IMG/VR virus record: IMGVR_UViG_3300011441_000017
Span: 1 to 44,928 of that record
Reading direction: 5' to 3' (one strand)
Origin: a virus
Lineage: Duplodnaviria; Caudoviricetes
Length of the DNA: 44,928 nt
Notes under the pieces: generated by a model
The model's input: only the letters and a program-made list of their open reading frames with translations
The model's database searches: none
What the model was told of the DNA's origin: nothing
Made by a program: the position numbers and the translations under genes
Part shown: positions 14,724 through 25,127 of the stretch, in pieces
Layout: every line of letters starts with the position of its first letter
Position numbering within the stretch: the first letter of the stretch is position 1

Positions 14724-16705
14724 CGCAACGCCTCCAGGCAGCCACGGAGCAAGGCGGTATGCGACGTCGGATCGGATTCCGGTAGGTTGTGCGGCAGCTG
14801 CCGATCCTCCTCGCTCGGGGTCGAGGCCCACGACTGCACGGCATAGCCGTCGAAGCCGAGCGCCTGGCAGTAGTCGAACCACGCCGCCCCCTGGCGCACC
14901 CACTCCGCGTCGCTGATGTGTTCCTTCGCGTTGATGGTGACTTGCAGCGTCATCGGCGGGTCTGAGCGGTCCGCGACGAGTTCGCGGATCTGTCGATGCA
15001 CGTCGGCGGTGTAGACGCTCCGCTGGTTGTAGTCGACATCCATCCGCAGGAAATCCGGCCGTCCGCCGTACGCGTCCCACACCTCGAGCCGCTCGAAGAT
15101 GTGATTCACGGAGGCCATCGGATACGCGCAGTAGGCCCCGATGACCATGTGCGGCCACCGCTCCCGAATCGTGCGGACTTCGGTCGCAAACTCCTGACCG
15201 GACAGTTCCATGAACGCGTGGTCGTAGCAGACGCCGCCGAGGGTCACAGGAGGATCGAGGGCCGCGAACTTCGCGACGATCTTCTCGAGCGTGTCGAGGG
15301 ATTTGCCGGCGACTTGGACCTCGATCAGGATCCCCGCGGCCTGCAGCTTGGTGAACGCGTTCGCCCCGTTGAGCCACTCGAACGTGTTCACGCCGCAGAA
15401 CCGATTCCCGTAGTCCCGGCCGTAGAGGCTGAAGTGCCCCTGGTAGAACTGAAACGCCCCGATCCGGTCGAAGCCCCATTGCCAGAGATTCGACTCCGTG
15501 AACAGTTGCGCGAAGTCCGACGTGCCCAGGTTCGGACCGAAGCAAATCTGCCCGCGCGTCCCCGGATCGGGCTGGGGGCTCGGCGCGTCGATCGTGATGC
15601 GTCGGAGGCTGGCGGTCTCATCCGACCCGCCCGGCCCGTCCACCCGCAAGCTGATGTCCACGATCCCAGGGTCCGTGAAGGCATACGCGTGCGTGGCGCG
15701 CGGCGGCGCCTGCACCGCATCCGTCACCCAGACGACCTCCCCGAGCGACCGGAAGAGCCACGAGGCGGACGTGGCCGGCCCCCCGCTGTAGTCGGCTTGG
15801 CAGACGGCCGGATCGCCGGCTGTCACGCGGGCCGGGTAACTGACGATCCGGCAGCGCGGCCGCTCCGGTGGCACCGTCCCCGGCCGCAGATCCACGCGCG
15901 GGAGCGCAAACCCGTCCGGCACGACGACGAGCTCGTGCGGCAGTTCGCCAGGGCCGGTCGCGTAGGCGACGACCAAGCGGCCGCCGACGACGCGGGCATC
16001 GTGATAGAAGGCGGCGTCGCCGATCGCGAGCACGACGCCGATCGTGGCGTCGATGGGATGGGCGACGAGTCGCGCCGGTGTGCGGGCGTCCGGCGCCGGC
16101 GTCCAGTAGCAGACCCAGGGCGTCTCGCCCGGCACGTCGACCCAGCGCGGCCCGTAGGCCGGCCCGACTTGCACCGGTGTGACGAGGTCGATCTGCTGCA
16201 GGGCGCCGGCCTCGGTGCGCCACAACGCCCGCGCCGGCCCGAGGACGTGCACCTGGCGCGCCGCGGCGCCAGGAGAGGCGAACGCCACCAGCCCGGACGG
16301 AGCATGGAGCTGGAGTCCCACGCCCGCCTGACGGTCGGCAATCAAGGCGAGCGTGCCATCCTCGCCCGCGCCGCCACGGCCGTCCCCGTCGGTCAGGCTC
16401 AGCCCCGCGCGCGGGTCCGTGATGCTCCCGTAGACCCCCCGCTCCGCCGTCCAGGCCAGCCAGCGGCCGCCCCCGGCGGCGATCTCATTGGCGCCGCTCG
16501 TCTCCGGCAGCGGGATCGACGTCCGCGTGACCGTGTCGTAGACGGCGAGGTACCACCGCACCCCATCGTCCGTGGTCGAGTAGAGCACCGCCGTCGGCGT
16601 GCGCCACACGGCGCACCCTCCGCGGCCGATGTCGATCTGGTCGACCGACACGCGGCCATCGCCGACGCCCATGCAGACCTGCCCTAACGGGGAAATGCGA
16701 GGCAT
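14720..16705 (-). CDS. Multi-domain protein: beta-rich N-terminus, PKD-like domain, alpha/beta barrel-like C-terminus
   Basis: TAATG-coupled start at 16705; SASWLF...ATHAYAFTDPGIVDISLRVDGPGGSD is PKD-like. Confidence 0.55.
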   Translation of the reverse strand: MPRISPLGQVCMGVGDGRVSVDQIDIGRGGCAVWRTPTAVLYSTTDDGVRWYLAVYDTVTRTSIPLPETSGANEIAAGGGRWLAWTAERGVYGSITDPRAGLSLTDGDGRGGAGEDGTLALIADRQAGVGLQLHAPSGLVAFASPGAAARQVHVLGPARALWRTEAGALQQIDLVTPVQVGPAYGPRWVDVPGETPWVCYWTPAPDARTPARLVAHPIDATIGVVLAIGDAAFYHDARVVGGRLVVAYATGPGELPHELVVVPDGFALPRVDLRPGTVPPERPRCRIVSYPARVTAGDPAVCQADYSGGPATSASWLFRSLGEVVWVTDAVQAPPRATHAYAFTDPGIVDISLRVDGPGGSDETASLRRITIDAPSPQPDPGTRGQICFGPNLGTSDFAQLFTESNLWQWGFDRIGAFQFYQGHFSLYGRDYGNRFCGVNTFEWLNGANAFTKLQAAGILIEVQVAGKSLDTLEKIVAKFAALDPPVTLGGVCYDHAFMELSGQEFATEVRTIRERWPHMVIGAYCAYPMASVNHIFERLEVWDAYGGRPDFLRMDVDYNQRSVYTADVHRQIRELVADRSDPPMTLQVTINAKEHISDAEWVRQGAAWFDYCQALGFDGYAVQSWASTPSEEDRQLPHNLPESDPTSHTALLRGCLEALR

Positions 16706-17133
16706 TAGGCCAACCTCCGTACGCCGAGCACTTTGACGCGGTCGTATGCCTGCTCCGTGACGGCGTTGGACTGGTTGCCGCCGAGGATCCACACCTTCTG
16801 CTGGTCATGGCGAACATAGAAGCCCACGTGCCCGGAGACCCCGTCGTGGCCGCGCTCGAGCACGACGATGTCGAACCCGCAGATCGCGTCGTCGAGTTGC
16901 ACGGGGACGCCGGACTGCAGCCACGATCGCGCGGCCGCGGATTGCGTCCACGGCAACTCCAACGTCCACGCGATCCCGTTGACGAAGGCGGAACACCAGG
17001 GAATTTCATCCTTGGCGCCGAGGCCGAACCGACAGAGCGAGAGCCACCACACGATCAGCGGATGGCTCTGCTCGCCGGGGATTTCCTTGACGCCGATGAA
17101 GCGACGCGCGAGGAGGTAGGCAGTAATCATCAT
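16705..17133 (-). CDS. Endolysin, TIGR02594/CHAP-like Cys-His peptidase
   Basis: EIPWCSAFV, AARSW, GHVGFY, LGGNQSNAV. Confidence 0.85.
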   Translation of the reverse strand: MMITAYLLARRFIGVKEIPGEQSHPLIVWWLSLCRFGLGAKDEIPWCSAFVNGIAWTLELPWTQSAAARSWLQSGVPVQLDDAICGFDIVVLERGHDGVSGHVGFYVRHDQQKVWILGGNQSNAVTEQAYDRVKVLGVRRLA

Positions 17134-17519
17134 GGCCCGAGCCTTCCGAAAAACTTCAACACCGCCACCGTCGAGACGACTGCGCCGAGGATCAGATAGA
17201 AATCCCACATCGTCAGCCGTCGGCGCTCGCCCGTGCCCGTCGGATCGTCCTTGTCATCCTTCCGCCGGTCGTAGAGCCGCCGGTCGATGCGCGCGATGTC
17301 GTCCTTGAACCCGTCCATCCGCTCGCCACCCTGGCCGAGTTGGATCGCGTGGTCGAAGATTTGGCCGTTGACCTTGTCGAGGCGCGCGTTCACGCCGTCG
17401 AGCCGTTTCTCGATCGGTCGGTTCGTTTCCGACATCGCGGTGACGAGCATCCGGCTCTGCTCGAGCAGCAGCTCTCTGATCTCGATGTGCGTCACGTGCT
17501 CTCCCACTCCGGATCTCAT
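17130..17519 (-). CDS. Coiled-coil protein with C-terminal TM (holin/antiholin-like)
   Basis: RLDGVNARLDKVNG coil; C-terminal FYLILGAVVSTVAVL; directly upstream of the endolysin; start uncertain. Confidence 0.55.
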   Translation of the reverse strand: MRSGVGEHVTHIEIRELLLEQSRMLVTAMSETNRPIEKRLDGVNARLDKVNGQIFDHAIQLGQGGERMDGFKDDIARIDRRLYDRRKDDKDDPTGTGERRRLTMWDFYLILGAVVSTVAVLKFFGRLGP

Positions 17520-17523
17520 GCGT

Positions 17524-20178
17524 CTAGGTGTCCGCCACAATGGCGTCGAGATCACGTTCCGTTGTAAAGCGTTGGGCCATGCTGTCCAGGTCGAGTTCCA
17601 TCCGTTCGACCCGCACTAGACGCTCGACCCACCCGTTGGCGCGCGGCCCCTCGAAGTGCGTCACCGTCTGGTTATTCCCGAGCTCGACGTCCGCGCCGCA
17701 CAGATTGACGGCGTGGGTCGCGAGAATCGGCCCGTCCTTGCGCTCGACGAGCACCTGGCCGGCGACGTTGTCCGCGACGGCCGCGTCCCGGACCATCGGC
17801 AGATCGAGTTGATAGGCGCGCACGCCGTCATCCCCGTCAGCCGCGTGATTGGCGATACTCGCGACACTCTGGACGACGTTCTCGCCGAGCCAATCCCTCG
17901 CGTCCTTGCGCAGACTCACCGGCAGAAACTCCCCGGTCGCCGGCGCCAGCGTCGCGACGGGCGCCACATAGCGCTGGGCGTAGCGGTACTCGACACGATT
18001 CGCCAGGGCCGGAAAATCACGGTCGGAGTCGAACGACCCCTCGATGATGTCGAGCACGTCGTCCCAGTGCGTCACGACGCCGGCGTCCGGGTCTCGAATC
18101 GCCGCCATGACCTGGCCGTCTTTGTTGATGCCGAGATTCCAGTCCCCGGACTTCAACGCATCGCGCACCACGTCGCGATAGTCGTGGAACCGACCATCCC
18201 ACCCGAGCATGAACGCCCCGACATAGCCGTCCGTCGGGATCCGCTCGTTCATGTGCGCCGTGACCGTGTCGAAGGTGGTGCTGCTGATGCGCGCGTAGGG
18301 CGGCGAATGGACCGTCGGGATGCTGAGCCACGCCCCGCTCGTGTAGCTTTGCAGCATGAAGTTCGTCAGGAGGTGCAGCACCTGCTGCGGCAGGCTGTCG
18401 ATCATGTCGCCGGAGCCGTCGCCCACGTCTTCGATGCCCGCGACGTTGAGTGCGAGCGGCACCCGGCCGTCGGCGGCGAGCTCCTTCCGGGGCCCGAGCA
18501 GGTACACGACCGTGTAGCGATTGCCGTTGTAGTCGACGAACGGATTCGCGCCCACGCGCGCGATCCAGTTGGGCTGCCCTGGGATCAGCCAGTCGCCTGC
18601 ATCGGTCGTGACCTTGGTCCTCGATGGCTCGGCGGTGCCTTCGGACAACCCGCCACCGGTCGGGATGAACAAGCTCTGGATTTGCGACACGGCATGGCCG
18701 CAGACCAGGAACTCGCCCCAGACCGCGCCGTCGACCGTGCGATCCCCGACATAGGTCGCCGGCACCACGCCGAGCGCGGCATCCCCGTCGCTTTCGTCGG
18801 AGCACAACCCGTACAGGATCGGCACGGCTTTGCCAACGAGTGCCTCTGGCAGGTTCGGAAAGTCCGCGGTCGTGAGCGTGCGTTGCGGCACGCGCCGCGT
18901 GCCCTGCACCATGTTGAGCAGGGCCGAGAAGAAGTCCTCGACCTCGATCCGGAACCGGAGATTCGGCAGGGCCTTATAGCGGCGGATGATGCCCTGATTG
19001 ACGCGCCGCGGGGTGGCCGCCGCCACGATCCCCGCCTTCGTTGAGATGTAGGTATCGACGCGCTTGTTCAGCAGCGTCCCCGCCTCCGCCGCGGCGCGCA
19101 AGACCCGGTCGTGGTCGCTGAGTTCAATCGTCTGCGTCGCCGTTTCGATCGCGCCTTCCATCGTCGACAACGCGCGCGTGATCGTGCCGAAACTCAGGAC
19201 GCGCGCCTCCTTGTGCACTGTGTCGAGCGCATTGTCGCTGGCCGCGTAGACATTGACGCCGGCGTCGGTCTGCACTTCGACCCACGGCATCGGAATCAGG
19301 CCTCCGCAGAGACTGATCCCAGGGTCCGGGTCGACGCCCGCCTCCGGCACCCCCCCACCCGGCGGATCCGGCACGACCGCGATCACCGCGCCGTAGTACA
19401 GCAACGCAATCCGCACCGTCCCCGCGCCCGTGCTCGACTGCCGGAGACGCGCGGCCACGCGCACGCCCGAGGAGATGCTGTGCGGCCGTGGGAAGGGGGT
19501 CCAGGAAAAGCCGGAGGTCCCCTCGAGGCCATGGACCGTCGTGGCGACGACTTCCGCGGCCGCGGCGCCCGTGCCGAGGTCGATGGCAAAGTCGGTCGAG
19601 TTGACACCGTAGACGGCGAACCCGACGACCAGCGTTGGGTCATCGAACCCGGCCGTCAGCTCCGCCCACGCACCAGCGGTCCACGACGGCGCGCCGCCCA
19701 TCGTGAGCGAGATCCCGTTGGCATTGGACGGCAACGACTGCAGCGGCAGGGCCGAGAGATGGTCGTCGGCAAACGTCACCGCGTCGTAGTAGCCGAGCGA
19801 GACCAGCCAGGGATCGACCTCTGTCGTGCTCAGGCGGATCCGAACGGCCACGCGGTCACCGGCGCCGATGCCGCTGACGGGGATCGGCAGCGTGATCGTC
19901 TGGTCCCCACGGATGGTCGTCTGCGCCGTGCCGCGAAAGGTCGACAGGACCGCTTCGGCGCCAGCCTCGCCGCGGCCGATGTCGATCTCGAATTCGTTGG
20001 CCGCCGCGAGCGTGGGGACCTGGATCGACAACTGCGAGAACACGATCGCCCCACTCGTCGCGGGGATGAGCGTCGACCACGATCCGGGGTTCGTCCAGGC
20101 CGTTCCGGAGGGCGTCATCGAGACGCCGGCCGCGCCGGTCGGATACCAGAACAGCGGGCCAGGGTTCAGGTAGCTCAT
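17524..20178 (-). CDS. Tail tip/baseplate hub-like protein with two N-terminal repeat domains
   Basis: Downstream of tape measure; GKAVPILYG motif, NRVEYRY; 884 aa. Confidence 0.65.
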   Translation of the reverse strand: MSYLNPGPLFWYPTGAAGVSMTPSGTAWTNPGSWSTLIPATSGAIVFSQLSIQVPTLAAANEFEIDIGRGEAGAEAVLSTFRGTAQTTIRGDQTITLPIPVSGIGAGDRVAVRIRLSTTEVDPWLVSLGYYDAVTFADDHLSALPLQSLPSNANGISLTMGGAPSWTAGAWAELTAGFDDPTLVVGFAVYGVNSTDFAIDLGTGAAAAEVVATTVHGLEGTSGFSWTPFPRPHSISSGVRVAARLRQSSTGAGTVRIALLYYGAVIAVVPDPPGGGVPEAGVDPDPGISLCGGLIPMPWVEVQTDAGVNVYAASDNALDTVHKEARVLSFGTITRALSTMEGAIETATQTIELSDHDRVLRAAAEAGTLLNKRVDTYISTKAGIVAAATPRRVNQGIIRRYKALPNLRFRIEVEDFFSALLNMVQGTRRVPQRTLTTADFPNLPEALVGKAVPILYGLCSDESDGDAALGVVPATYVGDRTVDGAVWGEFLVCGHAVSQIQSLFIPTGGGLSEGTAEPSRTKVTTDAGDWLIPGQPNWIARVGANPFVDYNGNRYTVVYLLGPRKELAADGRVPLALNVAGIEDVGDGSGDMIDSLPQQVLHLLTNFMLQSYTSGAWLSIPTVHSPPYARISSTTFDTVTAHMNERIPTDGYVGAFMLGWDGRFHDYRDVVRDALKSGDWNLGINKDGQVMAAIRDPDAGVVTHWDDVLDIIEGSFDSDRDFPALANRVEYRYAQRYVAPVATLAPATGEFLPVSLRKDARDWLGENVVQSVASIANHAADGDDGVRAYQLDLPMVRDAAVADNVAGQVLVERKDGPILATHAVNLCGADVELGNNQTVTHFEGPRANGWVERLVRVERMELDLDSMAQRFTTERDLDAIVADT

Positions 20179-20987
20179 AGCGGCTTCTCGTAGTAGAGCG
20201 CCGCGATGAGCGTCGCCGACGCGAAGACCCCCGACTTCCGTAACCGGACCGCTAATCGAGAGCCCGCAGGGACGTTATCTAGGGCCGGGATGAACTGATG
20301 CCACGCCGGCCCGAGGACGCCATTCGTCAGCCGGACATGCCCTCGCGCGGTCGTCAGCAGAACCTCAGACCCCGCCAGCCCGATCCCGAGCTCGACCTCC
20401 CAGTCGAACGTCGACTGGGGGGGCATGATGATCAACGCCGGGATCACGATCGCCGCGGCCGTCTCCGCGACCAGCTCCGTCCAGGCGGAGTACTGCCATG
20501 CGGTGCCAGGGCCGGCAATCGAGACGCCGTCGGCCGCCGGTGGATAGACCTGCGAGGGTTCGTCCGTCGTGGTGATCGTGCTGATGGTGCCGGTCGCGTA
20601 GTAATGGAGCGTCGGACGGAAGACGGTCGTCGTGCTCGTCGAGACGCGCAGCCGACACGACACCCGCTGGCCCGCGCCGATGTTGTCGATCGGAAAGGGG
20701 AAGGGCGTCAGGATGGGCGACGGCGCGACGCTGGCCCGGTTGCCGAACCGCAGCGTCGCCACGACGACTTCACTCCCCCCGCCCCCACGTCCGATGTCGA
20801 TCTCGCACTCGATCCCGGTGGTTCCCGCCCGCAGCGTGATCCCGGCCAGGATGATCGCCGTCGCCGTCGAGGCGATGAGTTCGACCCACGCGGTATTCGT
20901 CCAGGCGCTGCCGGGCCCGGTGAGTGTGGCCCCCACGGCAGACGCCGGCACCGGCACCAGCGCGTCCGTGACGTATTCGATCGGCAT
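20175..20987 (-). CDS. Minor tail protein made of two copies of a ~135-aa beta-rich domain
   Basis: AW..AW.EL.A...EIDIG.G..GSEV...GQRVSCRLR occurs twice; start MPIEY at 20987. Confidence 0.65.
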   Translation of the reverse strand: MPIEYVTDALVPVPASAVGATLTGPGSAWTNTAWVELIASTATAIILAGITLRAGTTGIECEIDIGRGGGGSEVVVATLRFGNRASVAPSPILTPFPFPIDNIGAGQRVSCRLRVSTSTTTVFRPTLHYYATGTISTITTTDEPSQVYPPAADGVSIAGPGTAWQYSAWTELVAETAAAIVIPALIIMPPQSTFDWEVELGIGLAGSEVLLTTARGHVRLTNGVLGPAWHQFIPALDNVPAGSRLAVRLRKSGVFASATLIAALYYEKPL

Positions 20988-20988
20988 C

Positions 20989-21753
20989 CTAGACCCCGGG
21001 CCCTCGCCCGACATCCTCGAGCGCGATCGTCATGTCGGTCATTTCGTCGGTCGTGTGGACCCACGGAAAGTCGTCCGCCGCGAAGCGCATGAAGTACGCG
21101 ACGTTGACGTTCAGATCGGGGATGACGAGAAACCCGTGCCGCATACCGAACGCGCCGTGCCACAAGGCCAACAGATCGGATCGGAGACTTTCCAGAATCG
21201 TGATCGCCGAGATGCGGTGCAGACGCACGCCGAGCGGATAGATCAACTTCACGCCGGACGCCGTCACGTTCATCCGCTGCGGGATCACATCACCGCGCCG
21301 CAGTTCGCGACCGACTTCCATGTCCCGCAACGTCTCGACCGCGAGCAACTCCCCGATGGCGACGTTCGCCGCGGCGCCGGTGATGACAAGATTCCATTGC
21401 GTCGCGGACGCGTTCGCCACCGGCCGGAGGTCCAGGAAGGGATCGACGGAGAGCCCGTCCTCCGCATTGGCGGGAATGACCATCGTCTGCGTGGCCATGC
21501 CGCCGTTGTTCGTGACCGTGACGGAGGCGCCGACCAGGTTGTGCATGATCAGCGCGATCGCCTGCAGGGCCTGCGCGGCGCCATACGTGAGCCGGATCGT
21601 GCAGGACGTCCCCGTGGCTTTGAACACCTTCGCCGGGTTGAGGTCGTAGAGATTCGTCAGCGGAAAAGCGGCATTCTCCGCGCCGCTCGTCAGCGCCACC
21701 GTCGCCTCAGCGGTCACGATGTCCGACGGCCGACAGTAAAAGACCCCGTTCAC
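20989..21753 (-). CDS. Distal tail (Dit)-like protein
   Basis: First gene after the tape measure; beta-rich, 254 aa. Confidence 0.55.
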   Translation of the reverse strand: MNGVFYCRPSDIVTAEATVALTSGAENAAFPLTNLYDLNPAKVFKATGTSCTIRLTYGAAQALQAIALIMHNLVGASVTVTNNGGMATQTMVIPANAEDGLSVDPFLDLRPVANASATQWNLVITGAAANVAIGELLAVETLRDMEVGRELRRGDVIPQRMNVTASGVKLIYPLGVRLHRISAITILESLRSDLLALWHGAFGMRHGFLVIPDLNVNVAYFMRFAADDFPWVHTTDEMTDMTIALEDVGRGPGV

Positions 21754-24700
21754 GCCGTCACGTCCTTGACGTGGGTCCGCACGCCATGGGTATCGCGGGT
21801 CAGGTTCGCCTTGAACTGCTCGTTGAACTCACGACCCGCGACCACCTTCCGCACGGAGTCGCCGTCGAGCGCGTGCCAGGTGTGCTGATGGGTGACGTTG
21901 ACCACGGACGGCGCCGGCGCCGCCGGCTGCCCATCGGTGCCCGTCGCCCGCAGGCCAGCCAGGGAGGACCCGGCATAGGGCAGGCCGCGCATGGCCGACC
22001 CAATCACGGCGCCCAACGCGGCCTGCTGGTCTTCGTTGAGGACCATCTCCTTCGGCGTGAGCCAGGCCGGGACCGTATCGGTGCCGAGCGATCGGAACGG
22101 CAGCACGCGGGATCGACCGACCAGGCCGCCGCTCGCCGCGCGCGACGTCGCCGTGCCGGAGGACGCCTCGTCCCCACCGGCCGCGCCCGCCCCGGTGCTG
22201 CCGCGCGGAATGGCCCGCCCCAAGGCCTCGGCCGCCCCACGCGCGCGTCCGAAGCCTTCCTCGGCGGCCGTGCCGACGTCGCTGAAGACGTCAATGAGGT
22301 CGCGCAGCGCGTCGACCAACTCGCCGATCTTTTGCGAGAGCGGCGTCTCAAAGTTCAGCCGTGATAGGTCGGTCAGTTTGTTGCCGAACTCGTCCGTGAG
22401 TTCGCCGGAGTCGACCAGCGCCTGGAGGATCGGCCGCATCGCTTCCGGAAGGCTGCCCCCGAGCTTCAGCGCATCGGTGACCAGTTCCTGAATCGCCTTC
22501 CGCATGATCCCCGAGGCGTTCGCGCCGGCGCGCGACAGCGTGTCCCAATCCTTCACGATCTGCTGCGCGGTCTCGGTGATCCGCAGTTGCTTCACCTTCG
22601 GCCCGAGCTCGTCGAGGGTCACGCCGTAGCGCTCGGCCGCTTCGCGGATGTCGCTCAACGATGGCGTCGTGTCCTCCGCCAGGCCGAGCATCGCGCGCGC
22701 CGCGGCCTCGGTCAGGCCTCCCATCTCGATCAGCTTCTTCAGGATCGGCTGCAGCGCGGCGGGAATCTTCGTCCCGGCCTTGACCGACTCCACGATCAAG
22801 GTGTTCAACGCCGGCGCCATGGCCTTGATGGTGGCCTGGGTGTCGCCGACCTGGGCGTCGATCTTTCGGAAGTCGGTGACGAGCGCGCGCGTGAACTGAT
22901 TGATCTGCAGTTGCCGCAGGTCCTGCCGGAGATCGCGCCACGTGAGGTTGTAGCGCTCCATCCGCTCGGTGTTGTCTTTGATGACGCGGTCCAAGCGCTC
23001 GATCTCGCGACGGAACGCGGCGGCCGTGCGCGGCAGCTGGTCGAACGCCGAGCCGGCCAGCGCGGCGTCGGTGCGCAGCTGATGCAGTCCCCCGCGCGCC
23101 GCGAGCGTGGCCTGGGCTTCCTTCCCCGAGAGGGAATCGTAGAACCGCTCGATGATCTGGATCGCCATCTGGGTATAGCTGACGATCCCCGCCGTCATGT
23201 CGAGCGCGTAGGCGGCCGTTTGCGCGAAGTTCGCCTTCGCGATCCGGCGGAACTTATCGGTCGCATCGGCCATGTCACCAAAGAGGGTGAGCGCCTGCGC
23301 GCCGGACTTGATCAGGTCGCCGAGTATGCCATGGCCCGCGGCCTGCCCGAGCCGCCGGAGGGAGCCCGCGAGCATGTCCGCGCGATCCCGCATCATCTCG
23401 AACAGGGTCGGGATCGGCTTGAAGGCAATCGGGACTTGTTCCCCGATCTCTTTCACCTCCTTGCCGAGACCCTGCACGACCGGAATGCCCACCGTGATCG
23501 CTTTGATCCACGCGATGGTGGTCTCCGTCGAGTCCTCCAGGATCTTCCGCTGGCGCTCGCCCCGCTCGAGCAGCTTGTCGTGAATCAACTGCGACATCGC
23601 GACGTTGAGATCGTGGTAGGCGTCCTCGGCTTTCCGTGCCCATTCGACGAACTCTTCGAGGGACTTCTTCCGATCCCGCTCCGCCTCGGCCGCGTCCTTC
23701 TGGCCCTTCGTGAGATCCTTGACAGCGTCGAGATAGTTGCGGACGGCGTCCTCGGTGACACTGATGCCGGCGGCAATGTCGGCGGCGCTCTGCCCGAGTT
23801 TGTCCGCCTCGACGATGACGGCCTTCTGCGCGGGCGACAGCTTGACCAGGTCCTTCCGCAAATCCTCCAGGCTGCGGCGATATTGATCGATCGCCGAGGG
23901 CCCCTCGAGCGGCAGGTTGATGTCTTTCCGGGTTTTGCCCGCTTCGGATCGGAGGATCGCCAACGTCGCGATCGTCGCTTTGATGTCTACGCTGGCGGCG
24001 AGGATGATCTTCCAGAAGGGCGTCTCGCTCGCCTGCTGACCCGCGAGCACGAGCGTGCCGAGCAGGGACGTGATCGAGGTCTGCGCATCACGCTTGAATG
24101 TCGCCCACGCGTCGCCGGCCGCATCGAGCGCCTTGATCTGCTCGTCGCTCGACTTCGTCGCGGACTTCGCCATCTCGGTATAGCCGTCGGCGACGAGCTT
24201 CGCGACATCCTGCGCGCCCTTCCCGAAGAGGCGCTGCATGGTCAAATTGCGATCGAATCCTGGGGGCATGGATTCGAGCGCCGCCAGGATCATCTTGAAG
24301 GCGTCGTCCGGCTTGCTGTTCTTCAGCGTGTCGAACTCAATCCCGAGATCCTTGACGGCCTGACGCGTGCTGTTTTTCCCCTCCGCCAGCGCCGACCCCA
24401 GCTTGAACACGCTCGTGGTTAGCGTGTCGACGCTCGTCCCCGATTGTGCGGAGACGTGCTCGAACTCCTGAATCGTGCTGAGCGCCAACCCGGACTTGTT
24501 GGCGAGGTCGACCATTTTCCCCGCGTTGTCGAACGCCGCCTTCCCGAACGACACGAGACCCGTGACGGCACTCTGGATCAGGTTCGCGACGCTCAGCGCC
24601 GCCGTCAGGGAGACGAAGGAGCTCTTCAGGACGTCCGTCGCCTTCGACGCGAGAGACGTCGGCTTCTCGACCTGGGCGGTCGCCGAGGCCAGTTTGTGCA

Positions 24701-25127
24701 GGGTCTCCGGCGCCGTCTGCCCGAGTTGCTGATACTTCGCGATGGCCTGGGTCACCGTCGCGTTGACTTCCTTCTGCTCGGCCGCCGTCAGCTTACTGGC
24801 GCCCCCGATCGCTTCGACCGCGGCGGCGTAGTTGTTCGCCTTCGTGACCAGGTCGGCGCCGGCAAGCTGCCGCGTCGCATCGACCAGTCCCTGCACCCCT
24901 TTTTCCGCGCCGGTGAAAGCCTTCTCGAGCAGCACGCCCGCGGCGGCCGTCTGCTGGCCGGCCGCCTTGACGCCCGTGGCGAATCCTTGGACGTCCTTCT
25001 CGGCGGTCTTGAACGCCTGCCGGAGCTCGCCGAGCTTCGCCTTGTCCTTGTCGAGATCAGAGAGAAATTGCGAGCTGTCGGTTGACAGCTCCATGACCGT
25101 CCGGCCGAGACTTTCGGCAACCGCCAT
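21750..25127 (-). CDS. Tail tape measure protein
   Basis: 1125 aa, helical and Ala-rich; RAASGGLVG...TDTVPAWLTPKEMVLN C-terminal motif; follows the chaperones. Confidence 0.92.
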   Translation of the reverse strand: MAVAESLGRTVMELSTDSSQFLSDLDKDKAKLGELRQAFKTAEKDVQGFATGVKAAGQQTAAAGVLLEKAFTGAEKGVQGLVDATRQLAGADLVTKANNYAAAVEAIGGASKLTAAEQKEVNATVTQAIAKYQQLGQTAPETLHKLASATAQVEKPTSLASKATDVLKSSFVSLTAALSVANLIQSAVTGLVSFGKAAFDNAGKMVDLANKSGLALSTIQEFEHVSAQSGTSVDTLTTSVFKLGSALAEGKNSTRQAVKDLGIEFDTLKNSKPDDAFKMILAALESMPPGFDRNLTMQRLFGKGAQDVAKLVADGYTEMAKSATKSSDEQIKALDAAGDAWATFKRDAQTSITSLLGTLVLAGQQASETPFWKIILAASVDIKATIATLAILRSEAGKTRKDINLPLEGPSAIDQYRRSLEDLRKDLVKLSPAQKAVIVEADKLGQSAADIAAGISVTEDAVRNYLDAVKDLTKGQKDAAEAERDRKKSLEEFVEWARKAEDAYHDLNVAMSQLIHDKLLERGERQRKILEDSTETTIAWIKAITVGIPVVQGLGKEVKEIGEQVPIAFKPIPTLFEMMRDRADMLAGSLRRLGQAAGHGILGDLIKSGAQALTLFGDMADATDKFRRIAKANFAQTAAYALDMTAGIVSYTQMAIQIIERFYDSLSGKEAQATLAARGGLHQLRTDAALAGSAFDQLPRTAAAFRREIERLDRVIKDNTERMERYNLTWRDLRQDLRQLQINQFTRALVTDFRKIDAQVGDTQATIKAMAPALNTLIVESVKAGTKIPAALQPILKKLIEMGGLTEAAARAMLGLAEDTTPSLSDIREAAERYGVTLDELGPKVKQLRITETAQQIVKDWDTLSRAGANASGIMRKAIQELVTDALKLGGSLPEAMRPILQALVDSGELTDEFGNKLTDLSRLNFETPLSQKIGELVDALRDLIDVFSDVGTAAEEGFGRARGAAEALGRAIPRGSTGAGAAGGDEASSGTATSRAASGGLVGRSRVLPFRSLGTDTVPAWLTPKEMVLNEDQQAALGAVIGSAMRGLPYAGSSLAGLRATGTDGQPAAPAPSVVNVTHQHTWHALDGDSVRKVVAGREFNEQFKANLTRDTHGVRTHVKDVTA

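Noticed and set aside
22587-24422. Long plus-strand ORFs opposite the tape measure and other late genes
   Set aside because: Antisense shadows caused by GC3 bias; no motifs
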